Source of the DNA: Fibrobacterales bacterium | GTDB lineage: Bacteria; Fibrobacterota; Fibrobacteria; Fibrobacterales; JAOPTW01 | Direction: 5' to 3' | DNA: 64,000 nucleotides | Assembly (NCBI GenBank): GCA_051532055.1 | Contig: JAOPTX010000003.1 | Span: 197,973 to 261,972 of the forward strand | Part shown: positions 10,383 through 21,580 of the stretch, one piece after another | Position numbering within the stretch: the first letter of the stretch is position 1 | How the letters are laid out: every line of letters begins with the position of its first letter | The notes under the pieces: generated by a model | Databases searched by the model: none | The model's input: the letters and a program-made list of their open reading frames with translations, nothing else | What the model was told of the DNA's origin: nothing | Position numbers and translations under genes: made by a program

Positions 10383-10560
10383 AAGATTACTTGATTACAG
10401 ATAAAAGCCTATATAGTGATAGTATGGTAATATTCATTTTACATAAGCTTGTGCAATAGGTGATTCCTATCACTACTACAAATCAATAATTCTATTATTG
10501 GCTGAAATAGTTATTATTTGCCTTACAAGTTAAATAGAGAACCTTTAGTTGGGGGGATTA

Positions 10561-13065
10561 ATGAAACAAATCGTTATAATATATAGTGTTATAGTACTGA
10601 GTTTACTATCGATTTTGAGCTGTGAAAACACTGTTTCTTCTAATCAGCAACGAGATTATATTGTCAGTGTTAATAATGCCTCAAAATTAAAAATTGATAG
10701 TGTCGTTCTTACTGAAATAGTAGTGACTGGCACTGTGGTTGATTCTATCAAAAAAACATATTTAGCACATGAATTGGGGACAGTGGATCATGGCGAGGCA
10801 GGATATTCGCATGAAATCAACTTGGTCTTACAGGGGGATGAATCATCGTTAGTTACCATCGAATATACAATGTATTCTTATGGAGTACCTTTCTATTCCA
10901 AAAATAAACATTTCACTTTAGGGGGAGCTGTACAAAAGACTGATGTATCACAGTATAAATTGTTGGGAGCTGCTATGGGGGATTATCAGATCGAAAGCGG
11001 TGGAGCTGATACTACTAATATTGTACTCCTCAGAGAAATATTTGTGAGATATATGGTACGTGTTGATAACGAAAACCCTGATGTTTTTTATGTAGCTTAT
11101 ATTAATACACCTAATACTTCAGCATCTGAATTAGTAAATGATTTGGTTTTAAAAAAGGGTGGAGGATTTCTTGCAATGGTAGAAGTCACTAATATGTTGC
11201 CAGAAGGGATAGATATTGAAGCGCTTCTTAATGGTACTTCTGTTGCAGGAACTGGGGTACCTGAAAATAATTCGAGTAGTAGCACTATTCCTGTGAGCAG
11301 TATTGCTCAACTAGATATTTCAAGTAATGGAGTCATTAGTTCATCAAGTAGTGCTCTGGTAGTATCATCGAGTAGTACTGATCCTGATACTCTCTCTAGC
11401 AGTAGTATGAGAATCGTTTCATCAAGTAGTAGTACGCTTGTGGCACCGTCAAGTAGCAGTGTCGATGAATCGTCGAGCAGTGTTTTGACTTTTAATGTAA
11501 GTATGGAGTTTGCTATAGGGGGCTTTGTTATTGCTGATGGCTCTACCTATACCAATGGATCACAATTAGAACTGGCACCATTACAAGCGGCGACCATAAT
11601 TGCGGTTCCTGAAACAGGCTATACCTTTAGTCATTGGGAGGCTTCGGTAGCTGAATTGACAATAGGAAATACGAAATTGACTACAACGTCCTTAGTTGCA
11701 AGTGCACATGGGGTGCTTAAGGCTGTATTCATGCCCATCAATAGAAAAATTATATTTCTTACTACTGATAACTATGGTGCCGTATCATTAGATGGTACAG
11801 AGTTAACGAGTTCATTTGACTTTATATTTGGAACATCTGTAATTTTACAATCAACAGCAGACTTTGGGTATGCATTTAGTTCTTGGGAGTCATCCAATAT
11901 TACTATAACCAATGATAAACATGCTGTTACGGAAATAACTAATGTGACTGCGGCAAGTAGCACTTTGAAAGCGATATATGAGCCGGTAACCTACGCTGTA
12001 CCTTCAGATGTCGTAGGCGGAGAAGGGACAATAAATTTTAGTGGTAACTATACCTTTGGAACCACAGAGACTTTGAGTGTTATTCCAGATTTTGGCTATA
12101 CTTTTTCTAATTGGAATGTTGTCGGGGTAGTTATAGCAGCAAACACTGAAAGTACAACAATTACAGGGATCACCTCTGAAATTGCTTCGGTATCTGTCGA
12201 ATTGCTCCCGTTGGTATATTCCATCCCAACTACAACTGTAGGGGTGGATGGTACTATTGACTTCGATGGTTTGTATACCTATGGTACTACAGAACAAATT
12301 GTCGCGAAGCCAGCAGAAGGGAATGTGTTTGTGCGTTGGGAGGCATCCAATGTAATTATCGATGACTCTACGCGAGAAACGGCGAATATTACCTCAGTGA
12401 GTACTGGAAGTGATTCTTGGGATATTAGAGCTGTTTTTGAAGATGCTATTGGTACTTTTACTGATGTACGAGATGGTCAAAAATATAAATCGACCATTAT
12501 AGGCGGTCAGACCTGGATGGCGGAAAACCTTAACTTCACTACGGCTGCTTCTGTGTGTTATGATAATCTACCCCTCAATTGTGATCAATATGGTGCACTC
12601 TATTATGCAGATGATGCTGAGACAAATGCATGTCCTGCAGGCTGGACAGTACCGACCTATGACGATTGGAATATTTTTAGTGATTATCTAGAAGAATATG
12701 GAGGTGGGTATGATTATGATAATCATGACAATGACTGTATAAATAATTTCGGTGAACCAATTAAATCAACTACAGGGTGGAGTAAATTTAATTATAATAT
12801 GGAGTGCTTGCGTGACTTTGATGAATCAAATATGGTAGATGGCAATGGCACTAATTCATTGGACTTTTCAGCGATACCTTCAGGTTGGAAACACAGTGCC
12901 CAGGCAGACTATTATATAAGAAAAGGCAGTGAAGCTCACTATTGGGCATCAACAGAAATTGGAAATAATTTTAATCGCACTTTTATAGTCAGAGAATCAC
13001 ATTATGCTCGTGGTAGCTCTGGTTCTAGAGATTATGCATTATCAGTGCGCTGTATAAAAGAATAA
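10561..13065 (+). CDS. Ser-rich lipoprotein with InlB-B-type repeats and C-terminal FISUMP (Fib_succ_major) domain
   Basis: ILSC lipobox; 'P..GY.F..W' repeats; FTDVRDGQKYKSTIIGGQTWMAENLN, CPAGWTVP, terminal SVRCIKE. Confidence 0.85.
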   Translation: MKQIVIIYSVIVLSLLSILSCENTVSSNQQRDYIVSVNNASKLKIDSVVLTEIVVTGTVVDSIKKTYLAHELGTVDHGEAGYSHEINLVLQGDESSLVTIEYTMYSYGVPFYSKNKHFTLGGAVQKTDVSQYKLLGAAMGDYQIESGGADTTNIVLLREIFVRYMVRVDNENPDVFYVAYINTPNTSASELVNDLVLKKGGGFLAMVEVTNMLPEGIDIEALLNGTSVAGTGVPENNSSSSTIPVSSIAQLDISSNGVISSSSSALVVSSSSTDPDTLSSSSMRIVSSSSSTLVAPSSSSVDESSSSVLTFNVSMEFAIGGFVIADGSTYTNGSQLELAPLQAATIIAVPETGYTFSHWEASVAELTIGNTKLTTTSLVASAHGVLKAVFMPINRKIIFLTTDNYGAVSLDGTELTSSFDFIFGTSVILQSTADFGYAFSSWESSNITITNDKHAVTEITNVTAASSTLKAIYEPVTYAVPSDVVGGEGTINFSGNYTFGTTETLSVIPDFGYTFSNWNVVGVVIAANTESTTITGITSEIASVSVELLPLVYSIPTTTVGVDGTIDFDGLYTYGTTEQIVAKPAEGNVFVRWEASNVIIDDSTRETANITSVSTGSDSWDIRAVFEDAIGTFTDVRDGQKYKSTIIGGQTWMAENLNFTTAASVCYDNLPLNCDQYGALYYADDAETNACPAGWTVPTYDDWNIFSDYLEEYGGGYDYDNHDNDCINNFGEPIKSTTGWSKFNYNMECLRDFDESNMVDGNGTNSLDFSAIPSGWKHSAQADYYIRKGSEAHYWASTEIGNNFNRTFIVRESHYARGSSGSRDYALSVRCIKE

Positions 13066-13068
13066 TCT

Positions 13069-13395
13069 ATGAAAAATAAGCTAGTAATTTTAGTCATCAC
13101 ACTACTGCCACTACTATACATAGTGACTCATATTGCATTGACCATTATACTCTACAGCCTGAGTGAGAACCTTTATGATTCATACGAATCATTTATGAGC
13201 AGCTTTGACCCCGCAATACTCTATTTTATATTGTGGATTATACCAGTGCTCTTTTATAGTAACCACGCATTTAAAAATGATCAACTATCGATACTGTCAA
13301 AGTCGAGCATAACTTTAGCCTTTCTGTTTTTCAACATTTTTGCAATGCTCCCGTATTATTACTTTTTCATATTTAAAAAGGCCACCCCGGAGTAG
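13069..13395 (+). CDS. Small integral membrane protein (about 3 TM segments)
   Basis: Three hydrophobic stretches; starts 3 nt after the FISUMP gene stop. Confidence 0.6.
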   Translation: MKNKLVILVITLLPLLYIVTHIALTIILYSLSENLYDSYESFMSSFDPAILYFILWIIPVLFYSNHAFKNDQLSILSKSSITLAFLFFNIFAMLPYYYFFIFKKATPE

Positions 13396-13467
13396 CCTTT
13401 TGTATGTGCATCAGTTGTCTAATAACTATGCACCATCCTGTATCGTATCACCTGTCCGATACTTGTT

Positions 13468-14967
13468 TTATTCAGAAACTTTCGTAATATTCCACTGTTG
13501 ATTGGCTTCTCCTACATACTCCCATTGGTGAATTGATGCGCCATTCCAATAGGCATACTCAGAAACATCAAGTACTTTTCCACTGAGAACATTCATAATA
13601 ATATATGAACCATTTTCGATTTGTGTAAGAATCCACTGTTGATTAAGGCCATTAACCCAGTCCCACTGATGGGCATTACCACCATTCTCTTTTGACCACT
13701 CGGCAACATCGAGAACTTTTCCACTTGCTACATTAGTAATTGCATGACCAAAAGTACTTGCAGTGATAGTCCATTGTTGGTTGAGTCCACCATGAAGGTC
13801 CCATTGCTGTATGTTTGAACCATTGTCACCACCTGCACCATCGAGTGCTTTGCCACTATGACGTGCAGTAAGAAAGAAACGTTCAGATGGATCCCAGCCA
13901 GTTATTTCCGCGATTTTAACAAGATCACCATCTACAGTTAATTGAGTCCAGCCAATATACGAGCCATTGATAACAGGGTATCCTTCATTAGATTCAGTAT
14001 TGGTGACTTGGTTAATGACTGCCCCGTTGTAATGATATACATCAAAGTTTCCACCAGAGATTTGTTTACTCAGGTATACGATGTTACCATTGTCAATGCG
14101 GATATCTTTAACCGTTTCATCATGACTACTGATAGAGGTTGTATTCGTTCCGTCAAAAAGAACCACTTCATAGTGATTAAAGTTATACGGAGGGTGACCA
14201 CCGAAGTCGTAACGTGATTTCCAAACGACTTGTCCGTTAGAGATAGCAAACTCGTCATCGGATTGAGGACTGTTACTGATGTTGGTTGTTACACCGTTTG
14301 AGTGCATAAATACTTCACGATCACTTCCTGGAATATATTCACCCCAAACAATGATGTCATTTTCAACAATAGGGTCCATTGCGCCAATTCCAGAAGGGAT
14401 TTGTGTAATAATCCCATCTTTCCAGCTATAGACTTCATGTATTCCGAGCTCTCCACCAACCCAAACAATGTGTCCATTGTGTATACTTGGATTGTTATCT
14501 CTGATGTCATTGTCAGTAATTTGAACAAGTTCTGAGCCGTTGTAGAAATAAACTTCTGAATCGTTGCCGTCCCACATTGAGAACACCACTTGGCCGTTGC
14601 TGAATGAGAGCCCTTCCCAGCCGAGAGATGCTTCAGGTGCAACGTTGTTTGTTTCTGTACCATTATATATGTGTACACCCGGTTCGTTAGGAACGTGATA
14701 GGCGTACCGACCATTTTCAACTCCTGCAAAACGATCCATAAGGGTGTTTTCCGTTATTTGAGTTGCTTCTATACCGTCAGTGATGAAGAGTTCTTGGCGC
14801 TCTCCATATGCCCATGCCGCTCCAATATATGCGCTGCCATTTTCTACACTAAATAGAATTTTCGACCCTGCTGTTGTTGGGTAGGTTACATCGGTAATAG
14901 TGTATTTTGCTTGTGCAATAGTAGCAGTGAGCCCTAATGCAATTACTAAATGTTTAAATGCTTTCAT
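13468..14967 (-). CDS. Secreted protein: beta-propeller-like repeats plus C-terminal ricin-B lectin (CBM13)
   Basis: Signal peptide (AQA); repeats like 'DSEVYFYNG..L.QITDN...D..P.I.NG.IVW'; SGKVLDV...QW...LNQQW x3. Confidence 0.8.
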   Translation of the reverse strand: MKAFKHLVIALGLTATIAQAKYTITDVTYPTTAGSKILFSVENGSAYIGAAWAYGERQELFITDGIEATQITENTLMDRFAGVENGRYAYHVPNEPGVHIYNGTETNNVAPEASLGWEGLSFSNGQVVFSMWDGNDSEVYFYNGSELVQITDNDIRDNNPSIHNGHIVWVGGELGIHEVYSWKDGIITQIPSGIGAMDPIVENDIIVWGEYIPGSDREVFMHSNGVTTNISNSPQSDDEFAISNGQVVWKSRYDFGGHPPYNFNHYEVVLFDGTNTTSISSHDETVKDIRIDNGNIVYLSKQISGGNFDVYHYNGAVINQVTNTESNEGYPVINGSYIGWTQLTVDGDLVKIAEITGWDPSERFFLTARHSGKALDGAGGDNGSNIQQWDLHGGLNQQWTITASTFGHAITNVASGKVLDVAEWSKENGGNAHQWDWVNGLNQQWILTQIENGSYIIMNVLSGKVLDVSEYAYWNGASIHQWEYVGEANQQWNITKVSE

Positions 14968-15383
14968 GTATGATTTTCCTTTATCCTATAAATAATTATG
15001 TGTAGAGCCTACCGTTATTCTAGATAACGCTTGCTGCATACTTGTATAATTTGATGAAGATTCGACATATGAATCATAGGGTTTTGTTTGAAAACCAATA
15101 TAAGATACGACCTCTGAATATCTCTGTAAGGGAGATATGCCCGTTCAGATGTGTCTATTTGTGCCCCATCAGCACTACAAATGTACTATAGATATCCGAC
15201 TTCCTTCATTTTGTAAATAGAAAGTTTTCCTATAAGAAAAGAGTTGTACAACCTTGTGTTAGATGTTTTAGTGAGGAATCAGCTCTAAGGTGAGAGACTG
15301 TATTGTATTAATAAGTGAAATGTTTAGATTTATACTTTTAAACCTACCAACTCTATTTTAGAGCTAATAAACGAGATTATACT

Positions 15384-15854
15384 ATGGAACTCTATCAATT
15401 TTACATTGAACTTATACCGACACGCTGGCTCAGAGACAATGATATTGCCTATCTTTACAACGATGTTCAAAAATTGGATACCTACGAAGCGTGGGAATTG
15501 AATCAACCAAAATTTGATTTCGAACCGATGATTTCAAAAATGTTACCGAAGGGTCCATCATGGTGTAGTGATATTAAAATCTGGGGTGATGAGAAGGAGT
15601 CTGATGTCCAGGTTATTAGAGAGGGCAGTAAAATTGAATCAATTTCAATTCGCATTGATATGCGAAGAGAAGTTATGCCGTTGTTGATTGATGTACTAGA
15701 CCTCGCTTCTGAAATGAAGTGTCAGTTGCTTATTCCAGAGGTAAAGACCTGTATTGCTCCTTCGTTAACGGAGATTAAACCGTTTATACTCGGGGCTGCT
15801 TCTTTTGAATATTGTGGCAATCCTGAAGATTTTGCCGAATGTAAAACCTTATAA
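15384..15854 (+). CDS. Hypothetical cytoplasmic protein
   Basis: 156-aa ORF with globular composition; no signal peptide. Confidence 0.6.
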   Translation: MELYQFYIELIPTRWLRDNDIAYLYNDVQKLDTYEAWELNQPKFDFEPMISKMLPKGPSWCSDIKIWGDEKESDVQVIREGSKIESISIRIDMRREVMPLLIDVLDLASEMKCQLLIPEVKTCIAPSLTEIKPFILGAASFEYCGNPEDFAECKTL

Positions 15855-16097
15855 TCATCCTTAAATTATCTAGGGTATTTGGTTCTAAATATGGGATCAT
15901 TAGAGCTATCGTTTGTCACTATTTGAAGCGGTTTAGGGGCTCAAGCAGGTGCTTCCTAAAAGAAAGCTGAATATTTTGGTGTTTCCGGGGTGTCGTTAGT
16001 TATGAGCTAATAATTACTATCTTTTGTAACCATTGCAATTGGTCTATACAGTGCTTTCTACACCTATTTAACTGTATACCATACTAAAGGATTTACA

Positions 16098-18893
16098 ATG
16101 AAATACACCAGACTACAACAAATTATTCAGAGCACCTTGCTGCTAGTAGTGGCGGCTTCAATGACCGCCTTCAGCGCTTTTTCTGGAATGGGTGATGGCA
16201 CTGAAGCAAGTCCTTATCAGATATCGTCGATTGAACAATTACAAGAAATGCAGAATGAACTAAATAAGCATTATATCTTAATTGATAACATAAATGCTGA
16301 GGGTACTTTAACTTGGAATAATAGCGCTGGATTTGTTTCTATAGGCACTGAAGAATCACCTTTTGAGGGTACTTTTGATGGTCAAGAGTTTACCATACAT
16401 AAATTAGTGATTAAAGATGAGACACACTATAAACCACTTGGCCTTTTTTCAGTAGTAGGCGAAAATGGCACAGTGAAAAATGTGACGGTGAGTGGTTCAG
16501 TAACGGGATATAACACTGTTGGTGGAATCGTGGGGGAACTTAATGGCACCCTAATCAATGTACATAACCGTTCGTCAGTTATTGGAAGTGAGAATGTAGG
16601 AGGGGTTATCGGTAGACTTACTGCTACAGGACACATATCTCAGCTCATGAATAGTGGAACGGTCTCTGCATTTAGAGGTGCTGCGGGGGTTGTTGCTTTT
16701 GCTTATGAGGCAACCATAGCAGATGTAATGAATATGGGGTCAATAACAGCTGAAATCAGTGCTGCAGGAATTTGTTATCGTTCTTCAAAAGGAACCATTA
16801 CGCGGGTAGTAAATATTGGACCGGTGTTGGCAAAACGTTCTGGTTCGTATGGGGTATATGGAGGAGGAACTCAGAGTGGGCCCGCAGTTATTACTCACGC
16901 CTATTGGGATAGTAACATCGTAAATGGTAAATGGGATAATTATGGTGAAAGCCTTTCTACTCTTAATATGAAATTAAAAGAGTCGTATAAAACATTTGAT
17001 TTTGACAACATATGGGCAATAGATGAAGGACATACCTATCCTTATTTTAAAGATAGGTACCACCCTATACAACCATTTTCAGATGTGAGTGAGACAACGT
17101 CAATTACAGATAGCTCAACGTTATTGGACAATGATATAACATTTAATGATCAATTTACTGGTGTGGTTAAAATAGAAGATGCATCGTTTCTTAATGAAAC
17201 TCGGGATACGCTGTACAGAAGGTATCGCGCTGGTGAAATTGATTTACAGAATGATACCCTATGGGGAGGGTATTCACACATAATGATTCCTTGGGACTCT
17301 ATTATTCCTCTCGCCACTCTTGGTGATCTATTAACCATAGGGAAGAAGTGGGATACACCACGTGAGGGTTCGTATATTTTAACTAATAATATTGATGCAT
17401 CGCAAAATACCGAACAAGCATCAAACTCTAATGCCTTTCCCATCGATTATCATGACAGGCCTTTTTCGGGAATCTTAGATGGGAATAATTTCACTATTTA
17501 TAATATTAACCTTACTACAGATTTTGATTACTTGGCATTGTTTCAAGAAATTGATAGTCTGGGGGTCGTTAAGCGATTAGGAGTCTCAGGTGATAGTGAA
17601 TGTGAAAGTAACTGTGCGGGAATTGCTCATGAAAACTATGGTACTATATCACAATCATTTGTGAGTATGGATATTTTACTTGAAACAAATCGTGCAGGGG
17701 GTATTGCGGTTTATAACTATGGTACTATTGAAGAATCATATTTTGCTGGAACTATTTACGCACCTTGGGGGCAATCAAGTGGAATTTGTTATCAAAATAC
17801 CGGTCTTATCGAAAATAGTTATTCTGTGGGGACGGTATATACCTCCAGTTGGACAGGTGGTATTGCTTTTGAAAACAGAGGGTACCATAGACCAACCGCG
17901 GTTCATAATAAACAAGGAACTATTCGGAACTCTTATACTACAATGTCTCACCTAACGGCCGATAAAACCAAAGGAATATATGGGTTAAATGCGGGTACCA
18001 TTGAGTACTCTTTTTATAATAGTGACTGGGCGCAACAGACGACTCAATCGATTGGGGCAAAAAACACACAGGAGTTAATGACTTTAGAGACCTTTGCTGA
18101 GTGGGATATGGCCACTATTTGGAGGCTAGACTCTCAGAGTGCTTTTCCCATTCTGCGAAACGTGACCAATGTTCCCATTGGGTTTCCTGATTATAGAGCG
18201 GATCACAGCGATAGACATGACTCATTAAGCCTTTTGACTAATGACTTTAATAGTACCGAGAACAAGCTCACTTTTGTGATACTTGATAGTAATCAGTTTT
18301 CCGCAGATAGTTTACTTCAATTTTCCTTTTATAAGCCTGGTATCATTATGGATCATGATGATACCTTGTGGGGTGGTGCTGTTCCGATAACAATGCCCGC
18401 ACCTATGGGGATTGTACTTTCATCTTCAGTATTCATTAGCTCTTCAAGTTTAGCCGTTTCAGAGTCTTCAGAGTCCATTGTGAGTAGTTCCTCTGTAGTG
18501 AGTAGTAGTTCCGTTGAGCCAAAAAGCAGCGCACTTGAGAGTAGTAGTGTTGTTTTTAAATTTAGCAGTAGTTCGGATGAGGACGACGATGAAGAATCTG
18601 AGGAATCGTCAAGTGATGACCCGTCTCCTGAACGTTTTTCGAGTAGTATTACGACCTCATTGTATAAAAGTCTTACTCATGGACTTAATGTGTATAGACC
18701 AAATTATATACAGATTGACCATCAAGCACCGTATATAGTCACCATTTATACAATTTTTGGACAGAAACTAAGAGTCATTAAAGGAAGTAATTCGGGGGAA
18801 CATTATTTGAAAACCCCTTTACCGTCAATGCCACTCCTTTTTGTTTTACAACAAAATGGAGTCGTGAATCATTTTTTGTTTACCGTTCAATAA
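16098..18893 (+). CDS. Secreted protein with two GLUG-type beta-helix modules, Ser-rich linker and T9SS-like C-terminal domain
   Basis: FSGMGDGTEASPYQI, PFEGTFDG, VGGIVG; second module PFSGILDGN; both end 'DTLWGG'; tail 'TIYTIFGQKL'. Confidence 0.8.
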   Translation: MKYTRLQQIIQSTLLLVVAASMTAFSAFSGMGDGTEASPYQISSIEQLQEMQNELNKHYILIDNINAEGTLTWNNSAGFVSIGTEESPFEGTFDGQEFTIHKLVIKDETHYKPLGLFSVVGENGTVKNVTVSGSVTGYNTVGGIVGELNGTLINVHNRSSVIGSENVGGVIGRLTATGHISQLMNSGTVSAFRGAAGVVAFAYEATIADVMNMGSITAEISAAGICYRSSKGTITRVVNIGPVLAKRSGSYGVYGGGTQSGPAVITHAYWDSNIVNGKWDNYGESLSTLNMKLKESYKTFDFDNIWAIDEGHTYPYFKDRYHPIQPFSDVSETTSITDSSTLLDNDITFNDQFTGVVKIEDASFLNETRDTLYRRYRAGEIDLQNDTLWGGYSHIMIPWDSIIPLATLGDLLTIGKKWDTPREGSYILTNNIDASQNTEQASNSNAFPIDYHDRPFSGILDGNNFTIYNINLTTDFDYLALFQEIDSLGVVKRLGVSGDSECESNCAGIAHENYGTISQSFVSMDILLETNRAGGIAVYNYGTIEESYFAGTIYAPWGQSSGICYQNTGLIENSYSVGTVYTSSWTGGIAFENRGYHRPTAVHNKQGTIRNSYTTMSHLTADKTKGIYGLNAGTIEYSFYNSDWAQQTTQSIGAKNTQELMTLETFAEWDMATIWRLDSQSAFPILRNVTNVPIGFPDYRADHSDRHDSLSLLTNDFNSTENKLTFVILDSNQFSADSLLQFSFYKPGIIMDHDDTLWGGAVPITMPAPMGIVLSSSVFISSSSLAVSESSESIVSSSSVVSSSSVEPKSSALESSSVVFKFSSSSDEDDDEESEESSSDDPSPERFSSSITTSLYKSLTHGLNVYRPNYIQIDHQAPYIVTIYTIFGQKLRVIKGSNSGEHYLKTPLPSMPLLFVLQQNGVVNHFLFTVQ

Positions 18894-18906
18894 CTTTGAG
18901 GGATCT

Positions 18907-19659
18907 GTGAATAATCTGGCCTTTGTACTTTTCTTGTTATCATTTTTAAGTTCAGCTATTGGGGCTAATGCGAATTTGACAGTGAATATATTTTTTAAGG
19001 AGAATGGATACGTAGTCTATGGTCCGGAAGGGAGTCTTCCTGTAGTATTCTATAGGAATTCACCGCATTTTGATCAAATGTTTATTACCGATGTAAATGA
19101 TAATGAAATACAATATCAAAATGGAACAAAAGATGTTGTTATGACTCTTGATGATAGTTATCCGAATAAGCTTTCGATTGGTGATACCGTAAAAGTTAAG
19201 TCAGACACAATTGTCATAGAACGGAAGGATATTGCAACGTATAGAAGGTATAGGGTGCCAATGCCTTATTATTTAAATAAGAACTTTGACAACCTTATCA
19301 AGAAAATCAAAAAGAAAAATATGTCATTCTCCTTTATGTTTTTTATCCCTGAAGGGAGTGCAATTGAACATATCCTTGCTAAAATTATAAAGGAAAAACA
19401 CTTTAAGCCAACATTGGTTGTTAGTTATAGAGACTTCGAAATACGGGACCTTTTTTTGTTTCAGAATTCTAAGGAAGGGCCGATGCATAAAGTGTCTCTT
19501 GCATATCCCAATGCGAAACCATCACTCAATCCTAATGTTATACGAAATGAACATCTTAAGTCAGGGCAGTATGAAGGGATCCTCAAGCGTTTTAATCAAG
19601 GGTTGAGTGCGATAAGTAAGGTTTTGGATGAAAGGTCAATTAAGCTGAAGAAGCAGTAA
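18907..19659 (+). CDS. Hypothetical secreted basic protein
   Basis: GTG start after GAGGGA; signal-peptide-like N-terminus. Confidence 0.6.
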   Translation: MNNLAFVLFLLSFLSSAIGANANLTVNIFFKENGYVVYGPEGSLPVVFYRNSPHFDQMFITDVNDNEIQYQNGTKDVVMTLDDSYPNKLSIGDTVKVKSDTIVIERKDIATYRRYRVPMPYYLNKNFDNLIKKIKKKNMSFSFMFFIPEGSAIEHILAKIIKEKHFKPTLVVSYRDFEIRDLFLFQNSKEGPMHKVSLAYPNAKPSLNPNVIRNEHLKSGQYEGILKRFNQGLSAISKVLDERSIKLKKQ

Positions 19660-19853
19660 CTTATTAATATAATTCAATAAAAGTATTTCGCGTAACCTAC
19701 ACTCTAATGGAAGATAAAATGTCACTCACCAATACGCTTACTTCATGTAAGCGTAAAACAAGGGGTGTTGTAATATAGTTATAAAAATTAAAATCATTTA
19801 TAACTATATTAACTCAAGAAATATTTTTTGATCTTGTTTGCTGAGGGCACCCT

Positions 19854-20744
19854 ATGAAATCAATGCAACTTTTGGGCGTTAGCTGTTTAATAACCATGAT
19901 GGTGCTGTCATGTAGCCGTACTCATGGTACAGACAGTGATATTGGCACTCAATTATCCAGTGAAAGAATCCTCTCATCAAGTAGTGGATCCCTTCTTTCC
20001 TCTCAGTCGTTGTCTTCTGTTAAAACCGAATCATCTTCCGCACTTAATGCATCATCATCTTCCCACGTTGTTATGACTGCTGCACCATCTTCAAGTTCAA
20101 AGAGCATCAGCTCTCAGGGTATGGCGTCGGTTGTACCAAGCAGCTCCGGTGTTGAGGCCGCACTACCAACAGAGCCATTAAGTGACAAGGTGAAAGGTGT
20201 TATTTTACCTGAGTTCAGCTCAGAAATAACTTCATCGAGTAGTATATCGTCGTCAACCGATCATATAAGTTCATCTATTAAGTCGAATGGAGCTCTCACA
20301 ATTTCTTCGAGTATAGAGTGGTCAAGTCCTCAAATGCTATCGAGTAATACGGATACTACGTACCTTGAAATTAAAAAGATTTTTGGTCCGGCATCTATGT
20401 ATTTAGATGATCCTAAAAGTCCTGTTCGCTATTATAAAGATGAAGCACTCATTAGAAGAATTCTTCGTGAGGATTCCTATGTACTTCCCCCAGGTAAACA
20501 GGTAATCCGGCTCCATTGGACTGGTTCTGATACGAGTTATTCTGGAGGATTCCATATGCCGATGTTGGTAAATGATACAATTCAAATGGGAGTATTTATA
20601 CATCACGCATTTGCTTGTTATTCTGGCCAAATGATGGTGGGGGAGGTAATCATATTTGAGGTTGATGATTGGGACTATCCAACTCGTATCATTAAGGAAC
20701 ATACTTACGAAAATGAGCCTACTGAGAACCCATGTGGCGATTAA
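19854..20744 (+). CDS. Ser-rich lipoprotein of unknown function
   Basis: VLSC lipobox, long Ser-rich region, small globular C-terminus. Confidence 0.7.
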   Translation: MKSMQLLGVSCLITMMVLSCSRTHGTDSDIGTQLSSERILSSSSGSLLSSQSLSSVKTESSSALNASSSSHVVMTAAPSSSSKSISSQGMASVVPSSSGVEAALPTEPLSDKVKGVILPEFSSEITSSSSISSSTDHISSSIKSNGALTISSSIEWSSPQMLSSNTDTTYLEIKKIFGPASMYLDDPKSPVRYYKDEALIRRILREDSYVLPPGKQVIRLHWTGSDTSYSGGFHMPMLVNDTIQMGVFIHHAFACYSGQMMVGEVIIFEVDDWDYPTRIIKEHTYENEPTENPCGD

Positions 20745-20758
20745 CGATCACATTTGTC

Positions 20759-21403
20759 TTAAGCCGAAAAGCAAATAAGCTTTCTATCAATCGTAACTTT
20801 TGAAAACCCAATCGACTCTGTAATCCATGCAATGGTGTTTTTATGATAGATAAAAACATGGGTAGGGTCATTGAGGTAATACCAATTTTTTAACGGGGTA
20901 TGTTCATCATAAATGTGGGTCATGCAATAGAGTGTGCCCCCTTTTTTTAGAAGACTCTTTAACAGCTTAAACTCTTTGTATGGGTCATGAAAATGTTCAA
21001 TGACCTCACAGCACGCAATATAGTCATAGGTGGTATTGAGTCGCTCTGGGTATTTATGAAAGAATGGGTCATAGGGAGTTATTTGGTATTTGTTATCCGT
21101 GAGTACCTTGGTGATAACAGGTCCCGTTCCAGCTCCAAAATCAAGTCCACTATGCTCAGTTTTATAATTTTCGGTGATTGCTGAAGTAATAGGGGAAACA
21201 AACTTTTGGAATCCAGGGTGGTTTACATCGTTGTCATGCTCCTCGTAACGCATTTTTTCATCTGCATTATCAAGTATATATTCGGGATCGACAAACATAC
21301 CATAGCACCGCACACATTGAAAGTAACGTTTCGTTTTAATCTGGTGAATGACTTTCCCAGGTTTTCCACAGAGTGGGCAAGTATGTTTGGTATTGTTGTG
21401 CAT
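20759..21403 (-). CDS. Class I SAM-dependent methyltransferase with N-terminal Zn-ribbon
   Basis: CPLC...CVRC, GLDFGAGTGP, YDPFF, CEVIEHFHDP, DPTHV. Confidence 0.88.
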   Translation of the reverse strand: MHNNTKHTCPLCGKPGKVIHQIKTKRYFQCVRCYGMFVDPEYILDNADEKMRYEEHDNDVNHPGFQKFVSPITSAITENYKTEHSGLDFGAGTGPVITKVLTDNKYQITPYDPFFHKYPERLNTTYDYIACCEVIEHFHDPYKEFKLLKSLLKKGGTLYCMTHIYDEHTPLKNWYYLNDPTHVFIYHKNTIAWITESIGFSKVTIDRKLICFSA

Positions 21404-21580
21404 TCTGTAAATATACCCATTACTTATTAAGTATTCACGAATTTCACATTTTAGATTACAGAGACCGCTCGTCTGCTCACATATTGGGAGCGCTCGTTTG
21501 TAAGAGGGTTTCCTTATTTTCTCTATAGAGGAGTATTATAGTTATCATTATAAGGAACTGGGATTGCTAGGAGATATATT

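Noticed and set aside
21466..21497. CGCTCGT direct repeat upstream of the Cys-rich lipoprotein (LytTR-like site)
   Set aside because: Only 7 bp with a 25-bp period and no second instance; could be chance.
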